Positions 39,930-50,119 of a stretch of 64,000 nt of DNA are shown piece by piece (the first letter of the stretch is position 1; each line of letters opens with the position of its first letter). This stretch comes from Candidatus Poribacteria bacterium. Its GTDB lineage: Bacteria > Poribacteria > WGA-4E > WGA-3G. Position numbers and translations under genes: made by a program. The notes beneath the pieces were generated by a model that searched no databases, was not told where the DNA came from, and worked only from the letters and a program-made list of their open reading frames with translations. The stretch is from contig CBDANF010000003.1 in the NCBI GenBank assembly GCA_965197475.1, positions 3,360,001 through 3,424,000 on the forward strand, given 5' to 3'.

Positions 39930-41096
39930 ATGAAAGATCTAATTTTTGAACAGTGCCATCATCATTTTAACGACATTGTCGCTATCCGACGCGATATCCA
40001 TCAGCATCCTGAACTCGGTTTTGATGTTGAACGCACCGCAGGGATTGCCGCTGATGCGCTTGACGCACTCGGCATCCAAGTCAAAACCGGCATCGGAAAA
40101 ACAGGGGTTGTCGGTGATTTTGAAGTTTCAGGTGCAACCAAACGGATCGCGTTGCGCGCAGATATGGACGCGCTCCCAATTCGAGAACTTACGGATGTAC
40201 CCTATAAATCGAAGATTAACGGCAAAGCGCACCTATGCGGACACGATGCACACACTGCGATGCTCATCGGTACCGCCAGAATTTTATCGCATCTCGAAAG
40301 TCGGCTCAATGCCAATATCCGATTCATCTTTCAACCGTGTGAGGAATCGTTCCCAGGTGGTGCACAAGCAATGATATCAGATGGCGCACTGGATGATGTT
40401 GACGAAATCTACGGTATACATGTCTTTCCGCTTTATGCTGTCGGCCAGTATGCCACTTGTGCTGGTCCGATGCTCGCGCAATCGGATACCTTTGAGATTA
40501 CTATCACAGGAAGAGGCGGACACGCTGCTTTTCCACACCTTACTGTTGACCCGATTATCCTTGGCACACAGTTTGTAAACGCTGCACAGTCAGTTGTTTC
40601 AAGATATGTGGATCCGTTAGACTCTGCGGTTGTCAGCATTACACAGTTCCAGGGTGGAGATGCTAAAAACGTTATTCCTGCCTCTGTAACACTTGGTGGT
40701 ACGGTACGAACTCTGGAAAAAGAGGTTCAAAAACGGGTTAGGGCACAGTTGGAAAACCTACTTGCTGGAATTGCAAATGCCCACAATGCAACTTATACTT
40801 TCACTTACCAAGAGGGATGTCCAGTCACCTACAACCATGAACCATGTGTTGACACAGCAGTCTCCTCAGCGCAGGCTTTAGTTGGAGAGGAAAATGTCAT
40901 TTTTCCGATATCCCCAATACTTGGAGGCGAAGATTTTGCCTGCTACTCACAGAAGATTCCTGCCTGTTTTGTGATGGTCGGTGCGGGGAATGAACAGAAA
41001 GGTATCGTTAACATGTGCCATCACCCGCAGTTTGATATTGACGAAACCTGTATGATATACGGCATGGCACTCACTGTGAGTCTGGGTTTAATGTGA
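39930..41096 (+). CDS. M20D amidohydrolase
   Basis: HQHPELG, RADMDALP, CGHDAH, FQPCEE, GEDF, HHPQF. Confidence 0.93.
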   Translation: MKDLIFEQCHHHFNDIVAIRRDIHQHPELGFDVERTAGIAADALDALGIQVKTGIGKTGVVGDFEVSGATKRIALRADMDALPIRELTDVPYKSKINGKAHLCGHDAHTAMLIGTARILSHLESRLNANIRFIFQPCEESFPGGAQAMISDGALDDVDEIYGIHVFPLYAVGQYATCAGPMLAQSDTFEITITGRGGHAAFPHLTVDPIILGTQFVNAAQSVVSRYVDPLDSAVVSITQFQGGDAKNVIPASVTLGGTVRTLEKEVQKRVRAQLENLLAGIANAHNATYTFTYQEGCPVTYNHEPCVDTAVSSAQALVGEENVIFPISPILGGEDFACYSQKIPACFVMVGAGNEQKGIVNMCHHPQFDIDETCMIYGMALTVSLGLM

Positions 41097-41119
41097 TAAC
41101 AAGATTATAGGGAAGGAAA

Positions 41120-43426
41120 ATGGACAGTAAAATGCTACAATCAATTGCCTACTTGAAGCGAATTTCAATCTCAGTGCCAATTGTAATGCTACTCCTCTTT
41201 GTTGGCACCTATGTTTTTGCGCAGGTACAACCTAACGATGATGCAGCGGCAAGAATTCGGACATTAAACGCTATTCAGGATGCAAACGATCACTATTACA
41301 AAAAACGGTACTCGGAAGCGATCAAAGCATATCAAGCGTTGCTTAAAACCAAACTGAGTCGGAGCCAAAAGGATTCCATGCGCCTCATGCTGGGTCAGAG
41401 CTACACGAAACTTGGCGAAGACGCGGAGGCACGCCGCATCTTTAAGGAGATTATAGATGACGATCCTGATGGGTCTTACGCGACACAAGCCGTACATCAA
41501 CTCTCTAATCTGTATCGGCAACGTTATCAGTTCAAAGAGGCTATTGTACTATGTAAGCACATTGTGAAACAACATCCTGACAGTGCTGCGGCTGCAGTTG
41601 CTGCTTACCTTACTGCGTACTATCAATATGTAGAAGGCAAGTATGAAGATGCCATGGCGAGTTATAAGTCTTTCTTGAATAATTATCCGAATTCAATCTA
41701 TCGCTCAACTGCAGTGAGCAGTCTTGTTCGCCTATATACGCAAAATGAACGCTTTGCTGATGCCGAAAAACTTATCACGGAACGGATGAAACTTAATCCG
41801 ACTGATACAACCCTTTTAGAGGAGCTTGCAAACTTATATCAACAACAGGGAAAGTATCAGAAAGCATTGGAACTCTATAAGGATGTGCTTGAAAAGAATC
41901 CTGCAAATACATCTATCCGACAAAAACTTGGTTCTCTCTATGCTGAACTTGGCAACAAGGAACAGGCAATAGCTGAATGGAAAAAATTGGTAGTAGGTAA
42001 TTTTGATCAACATCAGCAGCTGGGGACAATTTACCTATCTCACAAAATGTACACTGAAGCGATAAAAGCGTTTCAGCAAGCGATTAAGGCGAATCCGAGA
42101 TATGGGTACCTCTATATCCAGCTTGCGGGAGCTTACAATATTCAGGGAGATATTGAAAAAGCGGCCGCTACCTATCTTGATGGGTTACAAAGCATCGGTC
42201 CGAGCGGCAGTCAACGTACATCAATATGGAAAGCGATGCTTGAAATTTATCAAGGCGAACGACAAAGATTCCTCCGTGAAAAACTGATTGCCCAATACCG
42301 AAAAGTCTATCAGTCTGCTCCGCAAAATCTAAATAACGCGTTGACTTTGGGGGAATTGTTTTTCTATGCAGACCAACTTGACGAAGCACTTAAAACGTTC
42401 ACGCAACTCCACCGAAACTATCCCACTTCAATTGACGCAACATTGGAAAGATTCGGAGATGTTTTAGAACGCAACCAAAACCCATCAGCAATTGATTTTT
42501 ATAAAAAACTGTTGCAGCTTTCAAGAGACATAAGGATACTCACAAATACACGATATAAACTTGCAAAACTTTACCGAAATGCAGAGCAGTGGGGTGAGGC
42601 AGCCAATATCCTAAAGGAATTAGGCATGAATAGTCCTGCTTCCATTGACAGTCAACTCCTGCTTGCACAGATTCAATTGCGTGGTCTTCATGATCCCAAA
42701 GCTGCGCAAATGACGCTCCAACCACTGCTTGCTAAACGTTTAATTTCTAACCAATATACGGAAGCGCAATTGCTACTTGCAGAATGCCATATCCTTCTAA
42801 AAAGATATACCCTTGCAAGGCAGGACTTGACTCCCATAGCCGACAGTGTCAATCGTTCAAGTGCAGCAGCACGCAAACTAATTGGCGACTCGTACTTCTT
42901 CGCCACAGAATTTGAAAACGCTGTCACGGAATATAGAAAGGTGATCCGTATCTCGCAATCAGATAAACTCACGAACGATGCACTTGAACGAATTGTCCTA
43001 ATCCAAGACAATCAAGACTATCTCACCATACCGTTAACTGACTATGCTAACGCGCTGCAGCTCTACATGACCGGTGACATCAAAGCAGCGACAACACAGT
43101 GTGAAGACACGATTTCACTCCATCCGAAAGCACTTATTGTTGATGATCTGTGGATGCTTCTTGGTTCAATATATCGTTCCCAACATGCTTATGGTGATGC
43201 TATTCATTCATATCGACAGGTCGTTTCGCAAAATAGTCCCTTAGCAGCGGAAGCTCTAACGCAAATCGCAGAGATTTATCATAAAAAGAGAGATTTCACG
43301 AATGCTCTGGATACCTACACGACACTGCTCACAACATATCCGGACAACAGCATTGTTCCATATGCACGCCAACAATTGGACAAAATTACCAAGTTAATGA
43401 AAAGCACAGATTCCAATTCCCCTTGA
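41120..43426 (+). CDS. Secreted TPR-repeat protein
   Basis: Signal peptide; YfiO/TPR-like repeats (FLNNYPNS, LLTTYPDNS). Confidence 0.88.
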   Translation: MDSKMLQSIAYLKRISISVPIVMLLLFVGTYVFAQVQPNDDAAARIRTLNAIQDANDHYYKKRYSEAIKAYQALLKTKLSRSQKDSMRLMLGQSYTKLGEDAEARRIFKEIIDDDPDGSYATQAVHQLSNLYRQRYQFKEAIVLCKHIVKQHPDSAAAAVAAYLTAYYQYVEGKYEDAMASYKSFLNNYPNSIYRSTAVSSLVRLYTQNERFADAEKLITERMKLNPTDTTLLEELANLYQQQGKYQKALELYKDVLEKNPANTSIRQKLGSLYAELGNKEQAIAEWKKLVVGNFDQHQQLGTIYLSHKMYTEAIKAFQQAIKANPRYGYLYIQLAGAYNIQGDIEKAAATYLDGLQSIGPSGSQRTSIWKAMLEIYQGERQRFLREKLIAQYRKVYQSAPQNLNNALTLGELFFYADQLDEALKTFTQLHRNYPTSIDATLERFGDVLERNQNPSAIDFYKKLLQLSRDIRILTNTRYKLAKLYRNAEQWGEAANILKELGMNSPASIDSQLLLAQIQLRGLHDPKAAQMTLQPLLAKRLISNQYTEAQLLLAECHILLKRYTLARQDLTPIADSVNRSSAAARKLIGDSYFFATEFENAVTEYRKVIRISQSDKLTNDALERIVLIQDNQDYLTIPLTDYANALQLYMTGDIKAATTQCEDTISLHPKALIVDDLWMLLGSIYRSQHAYGDAIHSYRQVVSQNSPLAAEALTQIAEIYHKKRDFTNALDTYTTLLTTYPDNSIVPYARQQLDKITKLMKSTDSNSP

Positions 43427-43454
43427 TAGTACATGCCACAATTTATTCGATGCG

Positions 43455-45118
43455 ATGGAAAATACTTCACACCTCCTATTCATCTGCGCGCTATTTTTCA
43501 CATACCTTCTGCCCTTAAACGCAGATGAACCAACGATCCTCTTTACCGAACAGACTGAAGCAGCTGGAATCCATTTCAGACATATCAACGGAGCATCCGA
43601 ACAGAAATATCTACCCGAAACGATGGGAGCTGGTTGCCTATTCTTTGACTATGACAATGACGGTTTCCCTGATATCTATCTTGTCAATAGTGGTAAATCT
43701 TGTGAGAACGTTTCTCAACCCCGTACCCAACCTGATGAGATGAACGTTCTTTATCATAACAATGGCGATGGAACGTTTACCGATGTAACTATACAATCGA
43801 GATTTCAGGAAAATTTTGGTTATGGAATGGGTTGTCTCTCCGCTGATTACGACAACGATGGCGATGCAGACTTGTATCTCACCAACTTCGGAAGGAACCA
43901 ACTCTATCGCAACAATAGCGATGGCACTTTCACAGATGTTACAAACAATGCTGGTGTCGGCGATTCACACTGGAGTGTCAGCGCGTCCTTCGGAGACTAT
44001 AACCTTGATGGATATCTCGATCTGTATGTGACAAACTATCTCGATTATCATGTTAAAACTGCACATGCCTGTTCACTGCAAGGCGTTCATATTTACTGCG
44101 GCCCACACGAATACCCAGGCGCACCGGATACGCTTTATCGCAACAACGGCGATGGTACTTTTACAGATGTCACTACAAAGTCAGGGTGCGTAATGCTGGA
44201 AAAGGGTTAGGCGTTATCTTCACAAATTACAACAATGATGGCTATCCCGATATTTTCGTGGCAAACGATGCTGTCCAAGATTTTCTTTATCGCAACAACG
44301 GTGATGGAACATTTACCGATGTTGCAATCACAGCAGGGATTGCATATAATTCAGAGGGACGCGCAACGGCAAGTATGGGGATTGCAAATGGAGATTACGA
44401 TAACGACGGTGTTTTAGACCTTTTTGTTACAAACTTTTCGCTGGAAGTCAACAGTCTTTTCCACAACGATGGCAATGGATTTTACACAATGACTACGTTT
44501 GAAACAGGACTTGCAGAGCCCAGTTTCTCACAACTCGGTTTTGGTACACAATTTCTTGATGCCGACAATACCGGCACTTTGGACCTTTTCGTAGCGAACG
44601 GGCATGTATGGGACAACGTCTCGCAAATCACACCATCGCTATCCTACAAACAGACATACCAATTTTTCAGTAACACCGGAACAGGAAATTTCAAGGAAAT
44701 TTCTAAAGTAGCAGGAAAGTTTTTCACACGTCCAGTAGTTGCGCGCGGCACCGCCATCGGTGATTACGATAAAGATGGGGACACGGATATTCTCATCACA
44801 ACTTGTGGTGGAAAACCCATACTTCTACAGAACGATTCTAAAAGGGTAAACAATTGGTTGAAAATCAAATTAGTCGGTACTAAAAACAATCGCGATGGAA
44901 TCGGCGCGAAAGTTTATCTGAAAACTGATAACACAACACAAGTCAGAGAAGTTACTTGTGGCGGCAGCTACGCCTCTGGGAGTAAGCACACGGTTCATTT
45001 TGGGCTTCGCACCCACACAAAAGTGCAATCCATTGAAGTGAAATGGCCAGGAGGACATATCCAAAGGCTTGAGAATCTATCCACAAATCAAATTATCCGT
45101 GTTGAAGAAAACCGTTGA
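43455..45118 (+). CDS. CRTAC1-family FG-GAP/ASPIC-UnbV protein; frameshift at ~44185
   Basis: Repeats DYDNDG..D and YRNNGDGTFTDV; UnbV tail NRDGIGA..GGSYAS..HFGL. The two ORFs join as SGVRNAGKG if one G is added. Confidence 0.88.
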
Positions 45119-45257
45119 GTTTGATGAAATATTCTGCTATGCTGTAGCGCGAGGTCTCTGTGCCTTGCATTCCCTTAAGAACAGACTAAAAAATTTCAAT
45201 TTTATATTGATAAACATCCGTAACTTCCGTTACAATTGAAGACAGGAGGTTATATTT

Positions 45258-46022
45258 ATGAAAAACCGTAACTTTTGGAAAATTGTTGGTTATAGTGCTA
45301 TCATCTGTTTACTCACACCGATGTCTGTGTGGGTAATTACTGCAGATGCAGCTGAATCATTCGGTGACCCGTTTGATGGTGGCGAATTGCAGAATCCAAA
45401 TTGGAAATGGCAAAACGAGCCAGCAAATTGGGATATCAGCGAAACCCACGACGGATTCCTGTACATTAAGACTGATGATGCAAATAGGGATCTCTGGGCA
45501 AACGACATGTCGCATTTCTTATATCAGGAAACTGAAACTGATATGTTTGATGTTGAAACCCGTTTCTTCGCCAGATGGGATACAAATAGCAGTGTAAATG
45601 GGCTGCTTGTAAAAAGCCCTTCTGACAATAATTGGGTGACAATTAAATTCTGGTCAAGAGATGCTGCTAATAGGGGGCACATCCAGTATCAAACCAGGGA
45701 AGCTGGGTTGGAACCGGATGATATACAATGGAGATTTGGTGATTGGGGTGACATCGAAATGTCCCTCCGACTCAAAAAAGAGGGTGATACATACACTGCA
45801 TGGTATAAAGCAATGGATGATGAGGATTGGGTAGATATCGGACAAGATAACTTTGCCCTGACTCCGCCACTTTGGCTCGGTATCTATGCCGGCGTTGCCA
45901 ACGATCAAGGTGGTACGCTTGAGGTTGAATACGAATATTTCCAAGACAATATGAACGAGTTTCCTGTTGAACCGGGTGGTAAAGCAACAACAACTTGGGG
46001 AGCAGTCAAAACCCGATATTAA
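45258..46022 (+). CDS. Secreted ConA-like beta-sandwich (DUF1349-like) protein with TWG motif
   Basis: AGGAGG RBS, signal peptide, LRLKKEGDTYTAWYK, GIYA; ends PVEPGGKATTTWGAVKTRY. Confidence 0.82.
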   Translation: MKNRNFWKIVGYSAIICLLTPMSVWVITADAAESFGDPFDGGELQNPNWKWQNEPANWDISETHDGFLYIKTDDANRDLWANDMSHFLYQETETDMFDVETRFFARWDTNSSVNGLLVKSPSDNNWVTIKFWSRDAANRGHIQYQTREAGLEPDDIQWRFGDWGDIEMSLRLKKEGDTYTAWYKAMDDEDWVDIGQDNFALTPPLWLGIYAGVANDQGGTLEVEYEYFQDNMNEFPVEPGGKATTTWGAVKTRY

Positions 46023-46036
46023 GGAGGACAAAAGCA

Positions 46037-47921
46037 ATGCGATGCAGCTTAATCATATTTCTCTGTTTCTGTGTCGTTTCTCCTCTACTGGCTGAGACTT
46101 TCACAGATGTAAGTCAAGTGGCAGGAGTTCATCAGCGAGAAACTCCAATAGATCCGAATTCCGGGGCTTGGATGGGCCCCGGAACCGCCGCTGTAGATTA
46201 CGATAACGATGGCTGCTGGCTTGACATCTTCGTTGTTGGAGATGGTAGTTTACCCAATGCGCTTTACCATAATAACGGTGATGGAACATTTATGGATATA
46301 GCAGCCGAAGCAGGGGTGGCAAACACGCCAAACGGACGCGGGTGCGTCTGGTTTGACTATAACAATGATGGTTGGCGTGATCTTTATGTAACCTGTGCGG
46401 GACCAAACTTTCTCTTCATGAACAATGGGGATAGCACCTTCACAGATGTAAGTGAAGAGGCAGGGGGTCACTGATGCCCAGCACGGTACCAGTGCCTCGG
46501 TTGCTGATTATGACCACGATGGATGGCTTGATATCTATGTTGCGAACTGGGGACGCCCGGTCTCCCTTTTAGTTTTTGATCCTGCTCCCAGAATAAACGT
46601 GCTATATCGGAACAAAGGAGATGGCACTTTTGAAGAGGTAACAGACTCGGCAGGAGTCGCAGATGATGGAATTGCTTGGGGTGCAATCTTTTTTGATTAC
46701 GATGGCGATACATGGGCAGATTTGTTCGTAGCAAACGACCACGGTCCTGATAAACTCTATCGCAACAGAGGTGATGGCACCTTCACAGATGTTTCGGAGC
46801 AATCTGGCATTGTTACGCTCATCAGAGGAAAACCAACTGGTGCGATGGGACTTTGCGTCGGAGACTATGACAACGATACTGACCTTGATCTTTTCGTTAC
46901 AAACTACGATGAAGATCTGCTCTGGCGAAATAACGGTGATGGCACCTTTACTAACGTTGCTGAAGATGTTGGCGTTGCGAACGTAGGTGTAGGTTGGTAT
47001 GCCAGTTTCATTGACTTTGATAACGATGGATATCGCGACCTTTATGTTGTCAACGGTGATGTAGATAATTCGCAAAAGACAAACCGTAACCGTCTCTATC
47101 ATAATACTAAAGATGGAAAGTTTGTAGATCGTTCCGATGCGTTCAATACAACTGTTGATACCGTCGCACGTGGTGCAACTGCTGGAGATTTTGATAACGA
47201 TGGCGATGTCGATTTCTTTGTCGTCAACAACACTGGCAATACACTTCTTCTAAACGATCTTGATCCTCCATGGCGGTCCAATTATCCTGCCCTTCGGCGC
47301 AACTTAGCTAAGAATCAACGTCTCAAAATTCGTTTGCATGGAACAAAAAGCAACCGCGATGGCATCGGCACACGGGTTGCAGTGAAAGTAAGGGACTTCG
47401 TTCAAACGCAAGAATTAATCTGCGGCACCGGCTTTCTCGGTAGCGACAGTTTAGAACTTGAATTTGGACTGGCAGGTGCTAATAGAATCGATTCAATTAC
47501 GCTGACATGGCCATCTGGAATTGTCGAAACTTATGAACACCTATACGCATCAGACCTGTTCATTTTTACTGAAGGAGAAATGCAAAAGTTTGTAGTCGCG
47601 GTTGAACCAACAGGAAAACAGGCGACAACGTGGGGAAAGATCAAAACTGCAGAGGTGTTTCAAAACTATCCTAACCCATTTAACCCTGAAACGTGGATAC
47701 CGTATAATCTTTTTGAATCCAGTGATGTGAAATTTTCAATTTTTTCTCAGAGTGGAGATTTGGTACGAGAATTTAAAATTGGACAACAATCGCGTGGTGA
47801 AAAGAAATTATATTGGGATGGCAAAAACGCAAATGGCGAAACTGTTGCCAGTGGAATCTATTTCTATCAGTTTAAGGCTGGCAATACCCAAAGTGTGCGA
47901 AAAATGTGGTTAATGAAATAG
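46037..47921 (+). CDS. CRTAC1-family protein with TWG motif and FlgD-Ig/T9SS-A-like tail; frameshift at ~46465
   Basis: FG-GAP repeats, UnbV domain, AVEPTGKQATTWGKIK then QNYPNPFNPETWIPY...WDGKN..GE.VASGIYFY. Removing one G from the G5 run joins the two ORFs. Confidence 0.88.
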
Positions 47922-47930
47922 ATTTGTACT

Positions 47931-47961
47931 ATAATTTTACGCATTCAATCGTTTTGGACTT
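47931..47961 (+). repeat. 31-bp TIR-like repeat
   Basis: ATAATTTTACGCATTCAATCGTTTTGGACTT; inverted copy at 49383-49413 and direct copy at 62841-62871. Confidence 0.65.
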
Positions 47962-48080
47962 GAACCTTGCGTCATCTGAGGGTTAACGCTGGTTATGTTT
48001 GACGAGTTTATTTGACAAAATATTATTATGATATTTATGCTAATAGGTAACACAAATCTCACCTTGATGGAGTTACATTA

Positions 48081-48199
48081 ACGTGAGCTCGGTGTAAGAG
48101 AAATGAAGTTTTTAATGCCTTGAATTCTACTCTCAAAGCCACGGTAGGTGCGGTTTCTAACCGCACCGATGCCCAAAATTACTTATACTGAACTCACGT
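48081..48199. mobile_element. MITE with IS982-like ends
   Basis: TIRs ACGTGAGCTCGGTGTAAG / CTTATACTGAACTCACGT; 7-bp direct repeat TACATTA on both sides; internal GTAGGTGCGGTTTCTAACCGCACC palindrome. Confidence 0.8.
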
Positions 48200-48228
48200 T
48201 ACATTATGAACTTCGACAGCAAATATAA

Positions 48229-49167
48229 TCAAACGATAATAGAAGACATCATATTATTTCACAATCGTATACTAGGCGATTTAGCTTCGAGTCATTCAGG
48301 GAGCCGAGCAGACAAAGAGTATACGCAATGGACAAGAGTGGGATTATATCAACCCGAAAAATTTCAAGGTTAAATTATATAAGAGGATATAACACAAAAC
48401 CCACAGAGGAGATGTTTGCAAAAATAGAAAGAGTATCACGATATTCAATAGATTCTGTAGTAAGGGGCGAATTTACATCTCAGTCCATAAATGAAATTAA
48501 ATTACTAACTTCCTATTTTATATCAAATGATCCATCTATTAGATCATGTTTTTATAAGATATTAACAAAAGGTAAAGAATCAGAAAAAGAAGAACAAGGC
48601 ACACTAAACCTATTGAAACTTATGTATCAGATACTAACAAAGTGGGACTTTATAATCCATAGAATAAAAGAGGGTGTTAATCAATATCAAAAATATATTA
48701 CAAGTGACAGACCAGTCTACCTAGATTCAATCCAATTCAGTCTTTTATCGTATGTATCACCAAAAATACATGTGTGGCAAACAATGCAGGAAATAGCACA
48801 AGAAATAACAGATATTGAGGTTGCAAATAAATTGAAAAAACAGGCGCACCATGAGTTAATGGAGGAAATCAAAAATATACAAAGGTCAAAGAACAAGTTA
48901 ATATGTCAGCGGATATTCACTGAAAATATAGATAAAATTGAACCTATATCAGTATTTTTAGTGTCTGAAGACATGATGATAACTTTACCTCTTAACCCAT
49001 ATACAGTCATACATTTTTATCAAAATGAAAAACAAAAAGAACTTATTAATAACCAGAAATTAATAGTGCAAAAATCAAATATGTTACAGTTAAATAATTG
49101 CGAAAAATATGTAATAAGTCATAGTGAAGATATATTAAAAGAGTTAAAAAAGATACAAACTAATTAA
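48229..49167 (+). CDS. AT-rich DUF4238-like protein; 5' end uncertain or disrupted
   Basis: The frame is open from 48229 and contains RRHHIISQSYTRRF (DUF4238-like N-terminal motif) upstream of the first ATG at 48328; also YITSDRPV and LPLNP. Confidence 0.6.
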   Translation, partial: SNDNRRHHIISQSYTRRFSFESFREPSRQRVYAMDKSGIISTRKISRLNYIRGYNTKPTEEMFAKIERVSRYSIDSVVRGEFTSQSINEIKLLTSYFISNDPSIRSCFYKILTKGKESEKEEQGTLNLLKLMYQILTKWDFIIHRIKEGVNQYQKYITSDRPVYLDSIQFSLLSYVSPKIHVWQTMQEIAQEITDIEVANKLKKQAHHELMEEIKNIQRSKNKLICQRIFTENIDKIEPISVFLVSEDMMITLPLNPYTVIHFYQNEKQKELINNQKLIVQKSNMLQLNNCEKYVISHSEDILKELKKIQTN

Positions 49168-49382
49168 GTTACTTTCTTGCCAACATCGTGCCAAGGGTGA
49201 ATAATCCGTTATACTATTACGGTGTGTAATTGCGATGTTATTAAGGCTTTTATCTGTTGTTAGGTATGTATTATCAACTATATTAGCATGTTTGATAGTG
49301 CTTGAAATATACTATGGTGCATCAAAATATCGGAAGTGATTAATGCAAAAATGTACTTTCATAACAACCTACCGAATTTCCT

Positions 49383-49413
49383 AAGTCCAAAACGGCTAAT
49401 TGCGTAATTTTAT
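49383..49413 (-). repeat. 31-bp TIR-like repeat (inverted copy)
   Basis: Minus strand ATAAAATTACGCAATTAGCCGTTTTGGACTT, 25/31 identical to the 47931 copy. Confidence 0.65.
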
Positions 49414-49453
49414 GCTTACTAAAACCGAACTGATTAAGTAATGGGAGAAAAAA

Positions 49454-49723
49454 ATGGCTTTAATAATAGAACAAGGCGAGGTAAACAACGGTGGCATTGT
49501 TTTATCTAAGCCTTTGTCGTTGCCAGAAGGCACCAAAGTCCGCATACAAATTGAACCGATTGACACTGATGATAGCCAAAGCACGACATCCGATGATCAC
49601 GAAGACTTTACTAAATTGCCTTGCTTTGGAATGTGGGCTGACAGAGAGGATATGCGCGACAGTGTTGCATGGGTTAGAAAACAGAGAGAAAAATGTTTAG
49701 AACGAATAACACGAACGGAATAA
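49454..49723 (+). CDS. Putative VapB-like antitoxin
   Basis: PLSLPEGTKVRI and FGMWADREDM..S..WVRK.RE; overlaps the PIN gene. Confidence 0.8.
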   Translation: MALIIEQGEVNNGGIVLSKPLSLPEGTKVRIQIEPIDTDDSQSTTSDDHEDFTKLPCFGMWADREDMRDSVAWVRKQREKCLERITRTE

Positions 49724-50091
49724 TTGATACCGATATTCTTATTGATGCTATGAACGGTGTTGGAGAGGCAATCGGATTTTTGGCGGAAAGGGAAACGGAA
49801 AAAATTGAGATTAGTATCGTCTCTGCTATAGAATTAACCATTGGTTGTCGGAATAAAGATGAGATGAAGGAATTACAGAAATTTCTTCAAAAATGTATCC
49901 TTTTACCTATAACTCCTACCGCGTCACAAAGTGCTCTTCAACTGATAGAATCGTACTATCTGAGTCATGGACTTCTCATGGGAGATGCACTTATCGCAGC
50001 GACAGTCATGGAGCGCGGTGCAACCCTTTATACAAAAAACACTCGCCACTTCCAAATGATCCCAAGATTAGCAATTATTCGACCTTACTGA
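49693..50091 (+). CDS. vapC: VapC PIN-domain toxin
   Basis: IDTDILID, E, DALIAAT, LYTKNTRHF. Confidence 0.9.
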   Translation: MFRTNNTNGIIDTDILIDAMNGVGEAIGFLAERETEKIEISIVSAIELTIGCRNKDEMKELQKFLQKCILLPITPTASQSALQLIESYYLSHGLLMGDALIAATVMERGATLYTKNTRHFQMIPRLAIIRPY

Positions 50092-50119
50092 ACTATAAGG
50101 AAGAAAAGAGGTATTCGCT

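Noticed and set aside
49178-49195. Minus-strand sigma54-like TGGCACGATGTTGGC
   Set aside because: Mismatch in the -12 box, and it points antisense into the AT-rich gene; treated as a TGCCAA direct repeat instead.
37638-50091. mazEF and vapBC as novel systems
   Set aside because: Ordinary, well-described type II TA modules.
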